64,000 bases of DNA from a plasmid: sequence record NZ_CP067021.1, one strand, 5' to 3'. Shown here piece after piece: positions 39,801 to 47,046 of the stretch. Position numbers and translations under genes: made by a program. Under the pieces are notes generated by a model. The model saw nothing but the letters and a program-made list of their open reading frames with translations, was not told the origin of the DNA and searched no databases. How positions within the stretch are numbered: position 1 is the stretch's first letter; each line of letters opens with the position of its first letter.

Positions 39801-40473
39801 GGATCTGTTTATCTGTTACCTTGGATACATCAACGTCAGCATTTTTGGCTTGCGTGATTAGAGCTAAAAACTTTAAAAAGTCCTGGTGATTATGGCTCTT
39901 TGTTTCATGTTCTAATTGATAGATATAGCCTCTTAAGCATTCTTTTAAATCTTTTTGCTTGGTCGCACGTAAGTACAGACTAGACGGCTGATCATTAGGA
40001 CCTTCAGGTATTTGCGTACCTTGGGCATTCACGTAAAAACGGTTATGAGCTGAAGCATAGATTTTGTTGCCATCAGAGTTATAACCGAGTGGAGTTGCAC
40101 TATTCAACGCAACGTTCAATCGTTGTGGCACCAATGTTTTTGCTTGGGCATTGAATAAATCATGCAATTCTTGGCGAGTCGCAAGCACACTACGGATAAA
40201 TTCTTTTGGAATACCCAAAACTTCATGAAACAGTCTTGGTTTGATCGTTTCATTCAAATTGTATTGATACAAGTGACCGTCAAAGTGAGGATAAGCCTCA
40301 AACTTCATCGGTGTAAAACCAATGTTATTCAAATTTTCTTTAGATAGTTTTTTTTGAACGTCCAATAAAAGTAATTGGCTATCCGTCTGGCCAACACGCC
40401 GTACATCGAGATATACACCAGCTTGTGATAAGTCGATCCATTTAATTTTTTCGTTTAAATCATGAGTAGTCAT
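33841..40473 (-). CDS. DarB-like giant fusion protein, 2210 aa: N-terminal gamma-class N6-adenine DNA methyltransferase, then an acidic Pro/Thr/Glu-rich linker, a DExH (SF2/SNF2-like) helicase and a C-terminal domain of about 700 aa of unknown function
   Basis: Methyltransferase motif I (VLEPTVGNGSL) followed by motif IV (VIANPPFG, DNA about 39345-39365). Helicase motif I (TGLGKGR, about 37771-37815), motif II (VMDETHRA, about 37421-37455), motif VI (QMIGRVGRRG, about 35971-36003). Low-complexity linker about 38150-38900. N-terminal KWIDLSQAGVYLDV signature. Confidence 0.9.
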   Translation of the reverse strand: MTTHDLNEKIKWIDLSQAGVYLDVRRVGQTDSQLLLLDVQKKLSKENLNNIGFTPMKFEAYPHFDGHLYQYNLNETIKPRLFHEVLGIPKEFIRSVLATRQELHDLFNAQAKTLVPQRLNVALNSATPLGYNSDGNKIYASAHNRFYVNAQGTQIPEGPNDQPSSLYLRATKQKDLKECLRGYIYQLEHETKSHNHQDFLKFLALITQAKNADVDVSKVTDKQIHTAEEALETVMVEKLGELDFTESSFKTSLALYNRMPTKTMRNNTIRMLQQYSTPIPMSLVAQRLLIEGDNRTKQNFSVLEPTVGNGSLIGLLTQERNASVYAVELDPKRAERTKALTQNYECTVVTADATQIDFEQTFKQKVDYVIANPPFGAMDKLERVAPILVQQRNGVDPNPLLVDPSENVWFSTDKLDHAILVKSLNARNDQGRSVFIIGSDKQISDGTVERKSKNLLNYLYKHYEVEAVVEIHGNAYARNGANQNVRMLVVGNRKNEQALLQTYQSSVVPDKLKVITDYDELWGWANNVIYNRLNPNKDLYFKPTTPTPVEQQAQQAPVVEPVVEVKPVEKENDDLFASLGDEQPVSPLEDIASSVTPTSAVTMFDEVVVAKEEEIKQEEAVKPKPMFGRKPKSKPNKVSFDFGTVEVSTQTTSSDDDVPTPTEATPTFENENDNDFVPEVKNPHENQNQDEDLDDDVNLQVGDTTATNEGETPEQTPAEEPAVEQVKQEPGLTAEEIAKLNSELAIGTEQKEEPTVESDQSNLQPIVPVPNAENTTEPTPENIYQVKYIPMSMASEPIALVAKNQIKAINQANAQLTTHIQNVLGFGGINFQAEVDNGNYPTLVDAYVAKKLQYDNFDALKSAFACEQVDAVAHIILRFDQNLPVLIGDQTGLGKGRIAAACLRYSALRGKPPVFLTDTTQLLNDIWRDIVATDSDKFFKDPFIFNSDAVINRFGTEEVLFTGQDLPKEIEDIPAQHDLVLATYSQFNRPNRKRALLTRFINQDTVLVMDETHRAASLKSATSQFFLDVIDQTNLINFQSASAIKKPENLEFFHKLFPRSVSRNDLQKVIENADGPILEFISEGLVDSSAMIRREQDLSHITIQTFVPTEEEIKKFHNYSDVLSDILTDMVKFSKDIRLDALENIANDDDAVANLDFHQDSDDPKNRLSLSVMNFGSRMYQIQKQFLLALKTDSTSDAVIQALHEGRKPVIGLENTGESLFNILMQSRMEAILKADTAQDVTADSPEKEKAFNNFKSVSSEIEFLENELQKLMIKENRDAGDEKAAKNIQKELTKLEDKRGSYLQSQISVLDELPQFRDLLEVMLDRIDVVKAEDNYGNSFVKKLSTEVTFNENGDPVVSPYKIILDRIKEKIQKFPDLPLMPLDVLRNKVTKAGFKIDEISGRQIHLTETRDGKWKVNKQENNTTQGKILVQSKFQSGEIDVVIVTRSGCTGISLHAAKNPDPTIPSDHLRQRELFFLQKPENSTDTIQMIGRVGRRGEESHPIMTTVDSGIPAETRMHLMMMRKLSTLSANVSANSETKFNENDYPDMLNYIGNRVSLDYLKNNVNLANTLDIDISDDEKGPSYRTAQNYHVNQLLSKLILMPISQQEQVYQDLVVDYNDKIRELDLLGRNPLKTNFLDWKAKKVREFEVKDNFFTVTSETEAAKINTFDLPVRFEGLQYIEHVEPLRADNLKLMFKESDDYLVRQFKRINENINETVNGLLHYAYNFEALMYQKYEGFAKQKLFFKSGQMRGEVIRDYRHEVFDHFGVVEANVKHIDDIQFRKPDDHSADAFEKVAEAVYLANDPILTSNFDRMYRIVQDLKFLARSMERNEKEGHSAHGLLFLISKPSLFDDEVTPDHKTGALLRLDLPPLRGGAITPNAVKLDLVYPGDKKSFKVPLINYTMQNAKQDLDWVAPVSEKGRIILKRFNPEFYSYADVNRRHVEDRQPLVNLFTEQNNYSRYTRTYFEKAPSGDVTRQAITLTGNMFKAHKIVSSLDLRHSTVIFTDADGMRNRALLLPSNTPTDLFESSLENQVTFKQVKEIANFFNQLPVNIDFNRNNYVGTKVNFPYKKASIEFYYNGSDCFNVTVKSVAKQFNRFMSNTNVFHDPKGGKTDESLNIHFTEPGRNEFRFALDLKDVERFVDELDSTTKIEAAFLDLKSKLPDGNGYFLNEINRMLNPAEEPAYKAELHEGKTLDNDQEIQQLSF

Positions 40474-40504
40474 AGCGAACCTGAAGAAGAATTATTTTAT
40501 TTGA

Positions 40505-42139
40505 TTAAAAAGTCATGTCGTTATAGACATCAGAAGTCGCAGCCTTTTCTTGGCTTTTCTTAACATCCATTTCTGGCTGTCTGACTTTCATCATTAACTC
40601 TTGCGGATCAGGTAAAAGATCGTGGTTGAAGTTCTTAGATAACGGACTATCGATTGAAGCTTTATGTTGCTGTACATGCTCTACCGTAATTTCTGAAAAG
40701 TTCAACGCATTCATACGGGTTTGAGTAAGTTCAACAGGCTCGATAAACGAGACAAAACAATTATTCGAGTTCCGTTGGTGTGGTTGAATAACAATAAACG
40801 CTTCAGCAAATTGCTGTTTTGCATGCGTCAATTTATTCATGGTCTGACGATCAACTTGACTTAAAAATTGAGGATTTAAGTCGTGCGGTTTTGGATTGCC
40901 GTAGTCATCGGTAAATTGATTCACTAGGGGAGGTGCACCAACACCACGAACACCCTCACCAGTACGTAAATCTATTTCTGGATCTACCTTGCGAAAACCA
41001 GCGTGAGGCGTTTTATTGTTGAAAAATTTCTTTAAGAACGTGTCTTTGTAAAGCGCACCTAGTTGTAGTTGTTGGCCATGATAAACCTCAGGCAGTAATT
41101 TTTGACTCACCAAGCCAGCGTAAAGACGTTTTAAATTTTGATTTTTTTCTTTGTCTACATCTTCATTGTAGAACACTTTAATTTGTCGATCGCCAAGTAA
41201 TGCAAACAGGGCAATACGGGCCTGGTCCATAACATAAACGTTCTGAGCCTGTTTATCGAACTGGTCTTTTTCATACTGGTTGGATGGTACAAAATTTGGA
41301 TCAAATGTTGCGGTGTGAAAGTCATTGCCGTTCAAAATATCTTTGATACTTTCAATCGGATCTTTAGCAACCCGATAAGACTTTTTAGTTTTATCAATAC
41401 CGCCACGTTCCATCAACGGATCTGGCTTAGCGAATTGCTTAACACTTTCACGATCAGCACTGTCATAGGTTGGAATCAATGGGATTGTAGTTAATACAGA
41501 ACCAGACTCATAGCGCACAACAATTTTTGAAAATGGAATGCGCTCAGGTTGGTTGTCAGTACTATTCGATAAAGATTTAACAAGAAGCTGTAAATTATTT
41601 TTAATAATAGCGTTATGAAGTGCTGGAGAATTAATTTTTACATTGGGCACTTGCATATGTGCTGCATCTTCAATGATTTGAGCTTTAACAAAGAAATCGC
41701 CGTTTTTTTGTTGATGCACATTGATAGAAGTGACTGCTTTGATTAATTGTGAATTCGGGTTGTTACTCATTACGTTGCACCACTGAGCAACATAAGTTTT
41801 ATAACCGTCAAGAGATTCGTAGGGTGAGTCAACACATTTGTCAAAACAGATAATTCGACCACGGTTAGCACCGCGATTATGTGTGTCTAATGAAGTACGT
41901 TGGTTACGTCCAGAATCAAATTTTGCGTGGACTTCATCTACTGAAACATTCTCAGTATGATGCTTGTTGAGTTTATTAATGATCTTCGTGAATTCTTCAG
42001 ATGAACTCATTCGTATGCGAACTGGTTCATTGGTAGACATATCAAAGCCGTATGCATACAGCTCGTCTTGTTCATCATGTTTGTAAAATTGATCTACAGT
42101 CATGACGATACGTTTAATCGTATTATCACTTTTACTCAT
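40505..42139 (-). CDS. Hypothetical protein, 544 aa; first gene of the long minus-strand block, next to the origin-like region (candidate initiator or element-specific function)
   Basis: ORF, 31-nt gap to the MTase-helicase gene; no recognised motif. Confidence 0.65.
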   Translation of the reverse strand: MSKSDNTIKRIVMTVDQFYKHDEQDELYAYGFDMSTNEPVRIRMSSSEEFTKIINKLNKHHTENVSVDEVHAKFDSGRNQRTSLDTHNRGANRGRIICFDKCVDSPYESLDGYKTYVAQWCNVMSNNPNSQLIKAVTSINVHQQKNGDFFVKAQIIEDAAHMQVPNVKINSPALHNAIIKNNLQLLVKSLSNSTDNQPERIPFSKIVVRYESGSVLTTIPLIPTYDSADRESVKQFAKPDPLMERGGIDKTKKSYRVAKDPIESIKDILNGNDFHTATFDPNFVPSNQYEKDQFDKQAQNVYVMDQARIALFALLGDRQIKVFYNEDVDKEKNQNLKRLYAGLVSQKLLPEVYHGQQLQLGALYKDTFLKKFFNNKTPHAGFRKVDPEIDLRTGEGVRGVGAPPLVNQFTDDYGNPKPHDLNPQFLSQVDRQTMNKLTHAKQQFAEAFIVIQPHQRNSNNCFVSFIEPVELTQTRMNALNFSEITVEHVQQHKASIDSPLSKNFNHDLLPDPQELMMKVRQPEMDVKKSQEKAATSDVYNDMTF

Positions 42140-42397
42140 TTCTTAAATTCCACGCTTTATATTTTTGATTGCTGGTCATTGACTCAAGCTATTTATAAAA
42201 TACTACAAAACCTCATTGGTATATACTAAGGAGGCAAATAAAAAATTAAAAAATATATTAAAAAGTTTAAGAGTAAATTTTTAAAAAGAAATTTTTTGTT
42301 TATTATCTTTCTAATTAAGGGAAGTTAATTAGGGACATTTTTTATGCTTATTTTTCATGATATTACAGGATTAGTACGGAAAAACACAAATGGTACG

Positions 42398-42439
42398 AGC
42401 GAAAATCAAATTCATTTGAGCGCAAATTGAATTTGAATT
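42398..42439. repeat. Pair of 21-bp direct repeats (GCGAAAATCAAATTCATTTGA / GCGCAAATTGAATTTGAATTT), iteron-like
   Basis: Read directly; same unit as the pair at 42660-42701. Confidence 0.6.
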
Positions 42440-42477
42440 TTTAGAAAATAAGGCGTTTTTAGCTGGTTTTTGATGTT

Positions 42478-42508
42478 TTTATCCACTTTCCTATTAAATT
42501 CTATCCAC
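42478..42508 (+). promoter_or_regulatory. Two DnaA-box-like sites (TTATCCACT at 42478-42486, CTATCCACA at 42500-42508), same orientation, 22 bp apart
   Basis: Each matches the consensus TTATCCACA at 8 of 9 positions. They lie between the two 21-bp repeat pairs, downstream of a very AT-rich stretch at about 42200-42340. Confidence 0.45.
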
Positions 42509-42659
42509 AAATTAAGTTCTTGTATATTAGAATGAATTTAAAAATATGAGTAAAATATTGTTCATTTTTTAGCTTTTTGCAATATTGGAAATTTGCAAAC
42601 TAGCAAGTGTTGTAAGTCGCTGTTTATAATAAAATTAAATAGAATAAAAAATACTTCCA

Positions 42660-42701
42660 GCGCAAATTAAATTCATTTGAGCGCAAATTAAATTCAAAAC
42701 G
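42660..42701. repeat. Pair of 21-bp direct repeats (GCGCAAATTAAATTCATTTGA / GCGCAAATTAAATTCAAAACG), iteron-like
   Basis: Read directly; 17-19 of 21 identical to the units at 42398-42439. Confidence 0.6.
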
Positions 42702-42811
42702 TTGCGGATAACTTCTCCAATTTCCTGAGAGCCTTGATAATAAAGACTTTCAGATTTTATGAGGAATAGCCCTTATATATGACCCAACGATCGCTATTTA
42801 GCTTGTTTTAC

Positions 42812-43712
42812 GACAAATCAATAACTTACGCCATTAGGACGGAAGAAAGTTTACAACCCATTTATAAAAAACTTTCGCTGAGTTCAGACTATAACAGAAA
42901 ATCAATGAGTTACGCCATTAGGACGGAAGAAAGTTTACATCCACTTATAAAAAACTTTCGCTCGTATTTTGACACAACTATAAATCAATAACTTACGTCA
43001 TTAGGACGGAAGAAAGTTTACAACCCATTTATAAAAAACTTTCGCTGGAAGTTAGGTACAGCCAAAAAGTTATAACCTAACCTTAAAACATACTAAACAT
43101 ACTATCTATGATAGTTGAGCTATTGGATCTGGACAAAAAAGTAAAATCAATAACTTACGCTATTAGGACGGAAGAAAGTTTACAACCCATTTATAAAAAA
43201 CTTTCGCTCGTATTTTGGCACCACTATAAATCAACAACTTACATCATTAGGACGGAAGAAAGTTTACACCCACTTATAAAAAACTTTCGCTCGAAATTTG
43301 CCAGCAATATAAATCAACAACTTACATCATTAGGACGGAAGAAAGTTTACAACCCATTTATAAAAAACTTTCGCTCGAAATTTGCCAGCACTATAAATCA
43401 ACAACTTACATCATTAGGACGGAAGAAAGTTTACAACCCATTTATAAAAAACTTTCGCTCGAAATTTGCCAGCACTATAAATCAACAACTTACATCATTA
43501 GGACGGAAGAAAGTTTACAACCCATTTATAAAAAAGTTTCGCTCGAAATTTGCCAGCACTATAAATCAACAACTTACATCATTAGGACGGAAGAAAGTTT
43601 ACAACCCATTTATAAAAAAGTTTCGCTCGTATTTTGGCACCACTATAAAACAATAACTTACGTCATTAGGACGGAAGAAAGTTTACAAACCATTTATAAA
43701 AAAGTTTCGCTG
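42812..43712. repeat. Array of ten 84-bp tandem direct repeats (3 copies, a unique gap of about 78 bp, then 7 copies), each with palindrome GAAAGTTT-N16-AAACTTTC. Candidate iterons or partition centromere.
   Basis: TTAGGACGG unit starts at 42834, 42917, 43001, 43163, 43247, 43330, 43414, 43498, 43582, 43666. Copies 5-9 are nearly identical. Confidence 0.85.
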
Positions 43713-43874
43713 GGTGCCTATCTTGAGCACATATTTATTTGATCAAGTATTACATTGGTTAACTTACATTGTAATTGTGAATATTACTCATATAAGGCAC
43801 TGTTTTTCATAGTCTTATTTATTAAGAAATTACTGTTAAAAATGCTTTTAATCGTAGTCTAATTAACGAATTGA

Positions 43875-43883
43875 TGCTATAAT
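43875..43883 (+). promoter_or_regulatory. Extended -10 promoter element (TGcTATAAT) upstream of the first plus-strand gene
   Basis: TGnTATAAT read at 43875-43883, about 12 nt before the ORF start at 43895. No good -35. Confidence 0.35.
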
Positions 43884-43894
43884 GTCTACTCAGA

Positions 43895-44392
43895 ATGCCT
43901 ATGGGAATTCGAGATATGCAATATCAATCATTTAGTCTTAGACATCAAAAAATACTCATTGACTTCAATGTGTTTAGCTCTGGCTCGTCTGATATTTTGC
44001 TAAAAGGTGTTTTATCTGCCGAATTGCTTATTCTAGTTGATAATTTAAATGCATTTTATTCTGCAGAAGACGGTAGATACGTTGTATCAGCTGAAAAAGT
44101 TAACCACGTTACAGGTCTAGATTTTAATAAGAAAACTATCAACCAGATCATGCGTGAAGCTTGTGATTTATCATTTATGATTGATACAGATGCGAAGCAA
44201 GCTGCAGCACCTATGATTGACGAAATTCAAATCTTATCAAGTGGCGATATTACTTTTAAACTCACTAAAAGCTTTGATTTTTTTAGAAATTCTCTTAGTT
44301 TTAAAAGCATATATGAGAAGCTACCATACAGGTTCACTACTTCTAAACTAGAGTTACCGCAGATCGGTCAACAAATAATGTTAATTGCGTAA
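43895..44392 (+). CDS. Hypothetical protein, 165 aa; first gene rightwards of the origin-like region
   Basis: ORF followed by a hairpin terminator. Start may be the downstream Met at 43916. Confidence 0.5.
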   Translation: MPMGIRDMQYQSFSLRHQKILIDFNVFSSGSSDILLKGVLSAELLILVDNLNAFYSAEDGRYVVSAEKVNHVTGLDFNKKTINQIMREACDLSFMIDTDAKQAAAPMIDEIQILSSGDITFKLTKSFDFFRNSLSFKSIYEKLPYRFTTSKLELPQIGQQIMLIA

Positions 44393-44394
44393 TT

Positions 44395-44418
44395 AAGCCT
44401 CTGACGAGGCTTTTTTAT
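44395..44418 (+). terminator. Rho-independent terminator
   Basis: AAGCCTC-tgac-GAGGCTT followed by TTTTTATT. Confidence 0.55.
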
Positions 44419-44559
44419 TGTCTAAAATTTAGTTAGTATATACACAGCTTTAAAGCGAAAAGACTACAACGTTAGTTGGGTTGCAAATATATTTTTATTT
44501 TTATTTTTTAATTCAATCTCAGGCAATGTACGTTGTACGTTGTCTAAAGTGGAGCAGTT

Positions 44560-46350
44560 ATGCAAGATTCTTCACAAGTCTGCATAAGTAAAGGAATTTC
44601 AGAAGATGAAATTTTTGGACTATCGCAGTCAATCAAAGACTCAATTATTAATGCCGAAACAAAAACCATGGATCTCTTGGGTTACGGCAACAAAATCAGT
44701 AATTTCATAGTCGAATGTTATCTAGATATTCCAGTTGTTGATCAATTCATTTTTTACTTAATGTTGGTGAATGCCAAAAATAAGTATGCACATCAGCTGC
44801 AGCGCGTTATCGCTGAAAAACCTGAATTATCCCAAATTGAAGCATTACAACTAGCGAACAACTTTGTTCTGAATTTTGAATACATCCGTCAAATTCTTTT
44901 ATTCAAAAATAAAGCTAATTACCTTAGCAATGGCCGTATCAAATCTTTGGCATGGAATACGCTAAATAGTGTTGGTAAAGTGATGCTACCAATGAGCTCT
45001 TTACGCCAAATGGACAGCGAACCATTTTCAAGAAATGACGTAGACAGCGTAACTCATAAAAGAATGTTTGCCAGTACGGGCTATTTTGAATTAGATAACA
45101 ATGCGTTTATTTGCTATCAGCTTGAAGAAACGTTGATTGCCAATCTATCTGAATTAGATTTTGATAAAAAGGGGCGCTACACAGTTCTCGACACTTTAAC
45201 GGTTCTTGGATTTAAGGACCGTTTTGATCTTTATATGTATAACTTGATGAAGATCAATGAGTTTCGTGGCGAAGTGGTTATTCCTTACATTGACTTCAAA
45301 GCATTAACCGAGTTTTCAGTAGAATTTAAATACAAAGCAAGTGATTTTTACCGTAAACGACTTCTTGTTTCATTAGAAAGACTGAATAACAATCCATCTA
45401 TTGAATTATTTATTTCTGTTAAGTATGAACCATGCAATAAGCGTACACCAGATCGTGACAATTTTTGCAATTATCGTTTTCAGATTCAGTTGAAGTCCAA
45501 CTATCGTAAAGCGCTTAATACATTAAATGAAATGTGTGCAAAGGTTCAGGATGAACAGGGCAATGAGCTTAAAATCAGTAATGCGCTCTTCACTTCAGCA
45601 ATTCGATTGAATAATGGTGAACCTGAAAAAGTAATAGAACTTGTTAAGGATCGTTTAGCTGCTTATACAACTAAGAATGGACCATCATATTTAGCTAAAA
45701 ATCTTAATTTGGTTGCGTCTTATGTTACGCGAGCTCTAGAAGATCTATATAAAAGTAATCACTTCTTTGAAAGATTCCTAAACGATATGAAGCAAGCAGA
45801 TAATTTACTTTATCTGAGAAATCGTGATAAGAAAGTTGAGATCGAAAACAAAAGTGCATCTACTTTCTCAAGCGAATTCATTAATATTCGCGACAAAGTT
45901 GATGTTACCACTTGTGAAATTCTTACAAACGCTGAGTACATTTCAAAGAAAACGGAAGCTACTGTAATTATTGATTATGCTTTCATACGTAATTCTATTT
46001 TTATTACACATCCTCATTTGCGCCACCAGCGAAATGCAGACGAGAAAAAATACATAGATCTCGTGTGTGAAAGCACAAAGCTTTGCCAAATATTCTTTGG
46101 TACGGGTAATGAAAATAAAAAAACGTTAACTCAAAACTATTTAACAGAACTCCTGTTTGAACATTTTTTTGATGATAATTTCCACTTGAACTCAGATGTA
46201 TTAAAGAATCTTCTAAAAAAAGATAAGGACTATTGGGTACAAGAAAAGCAAAAGACATTTATGCGGTTGTGGAAACTTGCAAATGAGTTCAGTTTAAAAG
46301 CTATTAGTCCAGCGAACTACAACGGTAAAGAGAGTTCAGACAATGAATAA
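44560..46350 (+). CDS. Hypothetical protein, 596 aa (candidate replication or partition-associated protein by position only)
   Basis: 1791-nt ORF 850 bp right of the repeat array; no diagnostic motif recognised. Confidence 0.65.
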   Translation: MQDSSQVCISKGISEDEIFGLSQSIKDSIINAETKTMDLLGYGNKISNFIVECYLDIPVVDQFIFYLMLVNAKNKYAHQLQRVIAEKPELSQIEALQLANNFVLNFEYIRQILLFKNKANYLSNGRIKSLAWNTLNSVGKVMLPMSSLRQMDSEPFSRNDVDSVTHKRMFASTGYFELDNNAFICYQLEETLIANLSELDFDKKGRYTVLDTLTVLGFKDRFDLYMYNLMKINEFRGEVVIPYIDFKALTEFSVEFKYKASDFYRKRLLVSLERLNNNPSIELFISVKYEPCNKRTPDRDNFCNYRFQIQLKSNYRKALNTLNEMCAKVQDEQGNELKISNALFTSAIRLNNGEPEKVIELVKDRLAAYTTKNGPSYLAKNLNLVASYVTRALEDLYKSNHFFERFLNDMKQADNLLYLRNRDKKVEIENKSASTFSSEFINIRDKVDVTTCEILTNAEYISKKTEATVIIDYAFIRNSIFITHPHLRHQRNADEKKYIDLVCESTKLCQIFFGTGNENKKTLTQNYLTELLFEHFFDDNFHLNSDVLKNLLKKDKDYWVQEKQKTFMRLWKLANEFSLKAISPANYNGKESSDNE

Positions 46351-46945
46351 TAAACTTTATTTATGTGCAATTTTTACGGCTACTATATTGAGTAGTAGTG
46401 CAAATGCCGATTTTAGTGATTGGTATAAAAAAGCAACTTCAAATGAAGATTCAACTCAGCAAGTGCCAGCTCAACAACAGCAAGCACCTGGTCAAATTCA
46501 ACAGCAAGCACCAGTTCAGGTTCAGCAACAGCCGATACAGCAAAGACAATATAATTCTAATCGGAACACCACAGCTACGCGTTACCAAAACAATAATGCA
46601 AATGTCACTGGTGATTCTGGCCTTGAAGCACGAATGAATAACTTGAATTCGACCATTGAGAATCTAAACAAGTCATCAAAAAGTGGTGACAACCTCACGA
46701 ATAACTATCTAAATATTGTTCAATTCATAGTGATAAACGAAGAAACACGTAAATTGGATGGTAAAGACAATACATCACTGATCAATAACATGTTGGCTGG
46801 TATTGTGAGTTGTCAGAATAAATACAAAGTCGATGTTATACAAAAAGTGAATAATCAACTCCCAAGAGATGTTGCTAACACCGTACAACGGTATTTAAGC
46901 CAGAATGGACGCTCTATTGGTGCAAACGGCAACTGTTTATACTAA
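46343..46945 (+). CDS. Secreted Gln-rich protein, 200 aa
   Basis: N-terminal signal peptide MNNKLYLCAIFTATILSSSANA, then QQQAPGQIQQQAPVQVQQQ low-complexity. 8-nt overlap with the upstream gene. Confidence 0.6.
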   Translation: MNNKLYLCAIFTATILSSSANADFSDWYKKATSNEDSTQQVPAQQQQAPGQIQQQAPVQVQQQPIQQRQYNSNRNTTATRYQNNNANVTGDSGLEARMNNLNSTIENLNKSSKSGDNLTNNYLNIVQFIVINEETRKLDGKDNTSLINNMLAGIVSCQNKYKVDVIQKVNNQLPRDVANTVQRYLSQNGRSIGANGNCLY

Positions 46946-46959
46946 TTAAACCCCCTTTT

Positions 46960-46990
46960 AAAACCGTCCTTAAAAGGCGGTTTTTTTTAT
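46960..46990 (+). terminator. Rho-independent terminator
   Basis: AACCGTCC-ttaaaa-GGCGGTT (one bulge) followed by T8. Confidence 0.45.
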
Positions 46991-47046
46991 TCTTAAAACA
47001 TACCTATTTATTTTAAAACCACATTCTATATACTACTAACAGTTTA

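Noticed and set aside
42779-43656. Track ORFs 42779..42991 (70 aa) and 43108..43656 (182 aa) with internally repeated peptide sequence
   Set aside because: They lie entirely inside the 84-bp tandem repeat array. The period is a multiple of 3, so any stop-free frame of one unit stays open across identical copies. Palindromic sites and the intergenic strand-switch context favour a DNA-level function.
42812-43712. Possible CRISPR array
   Set aside because: The 84-bp period is too long. The spacers between palindromes are identical rather than unique. There is no cas gene nearby.
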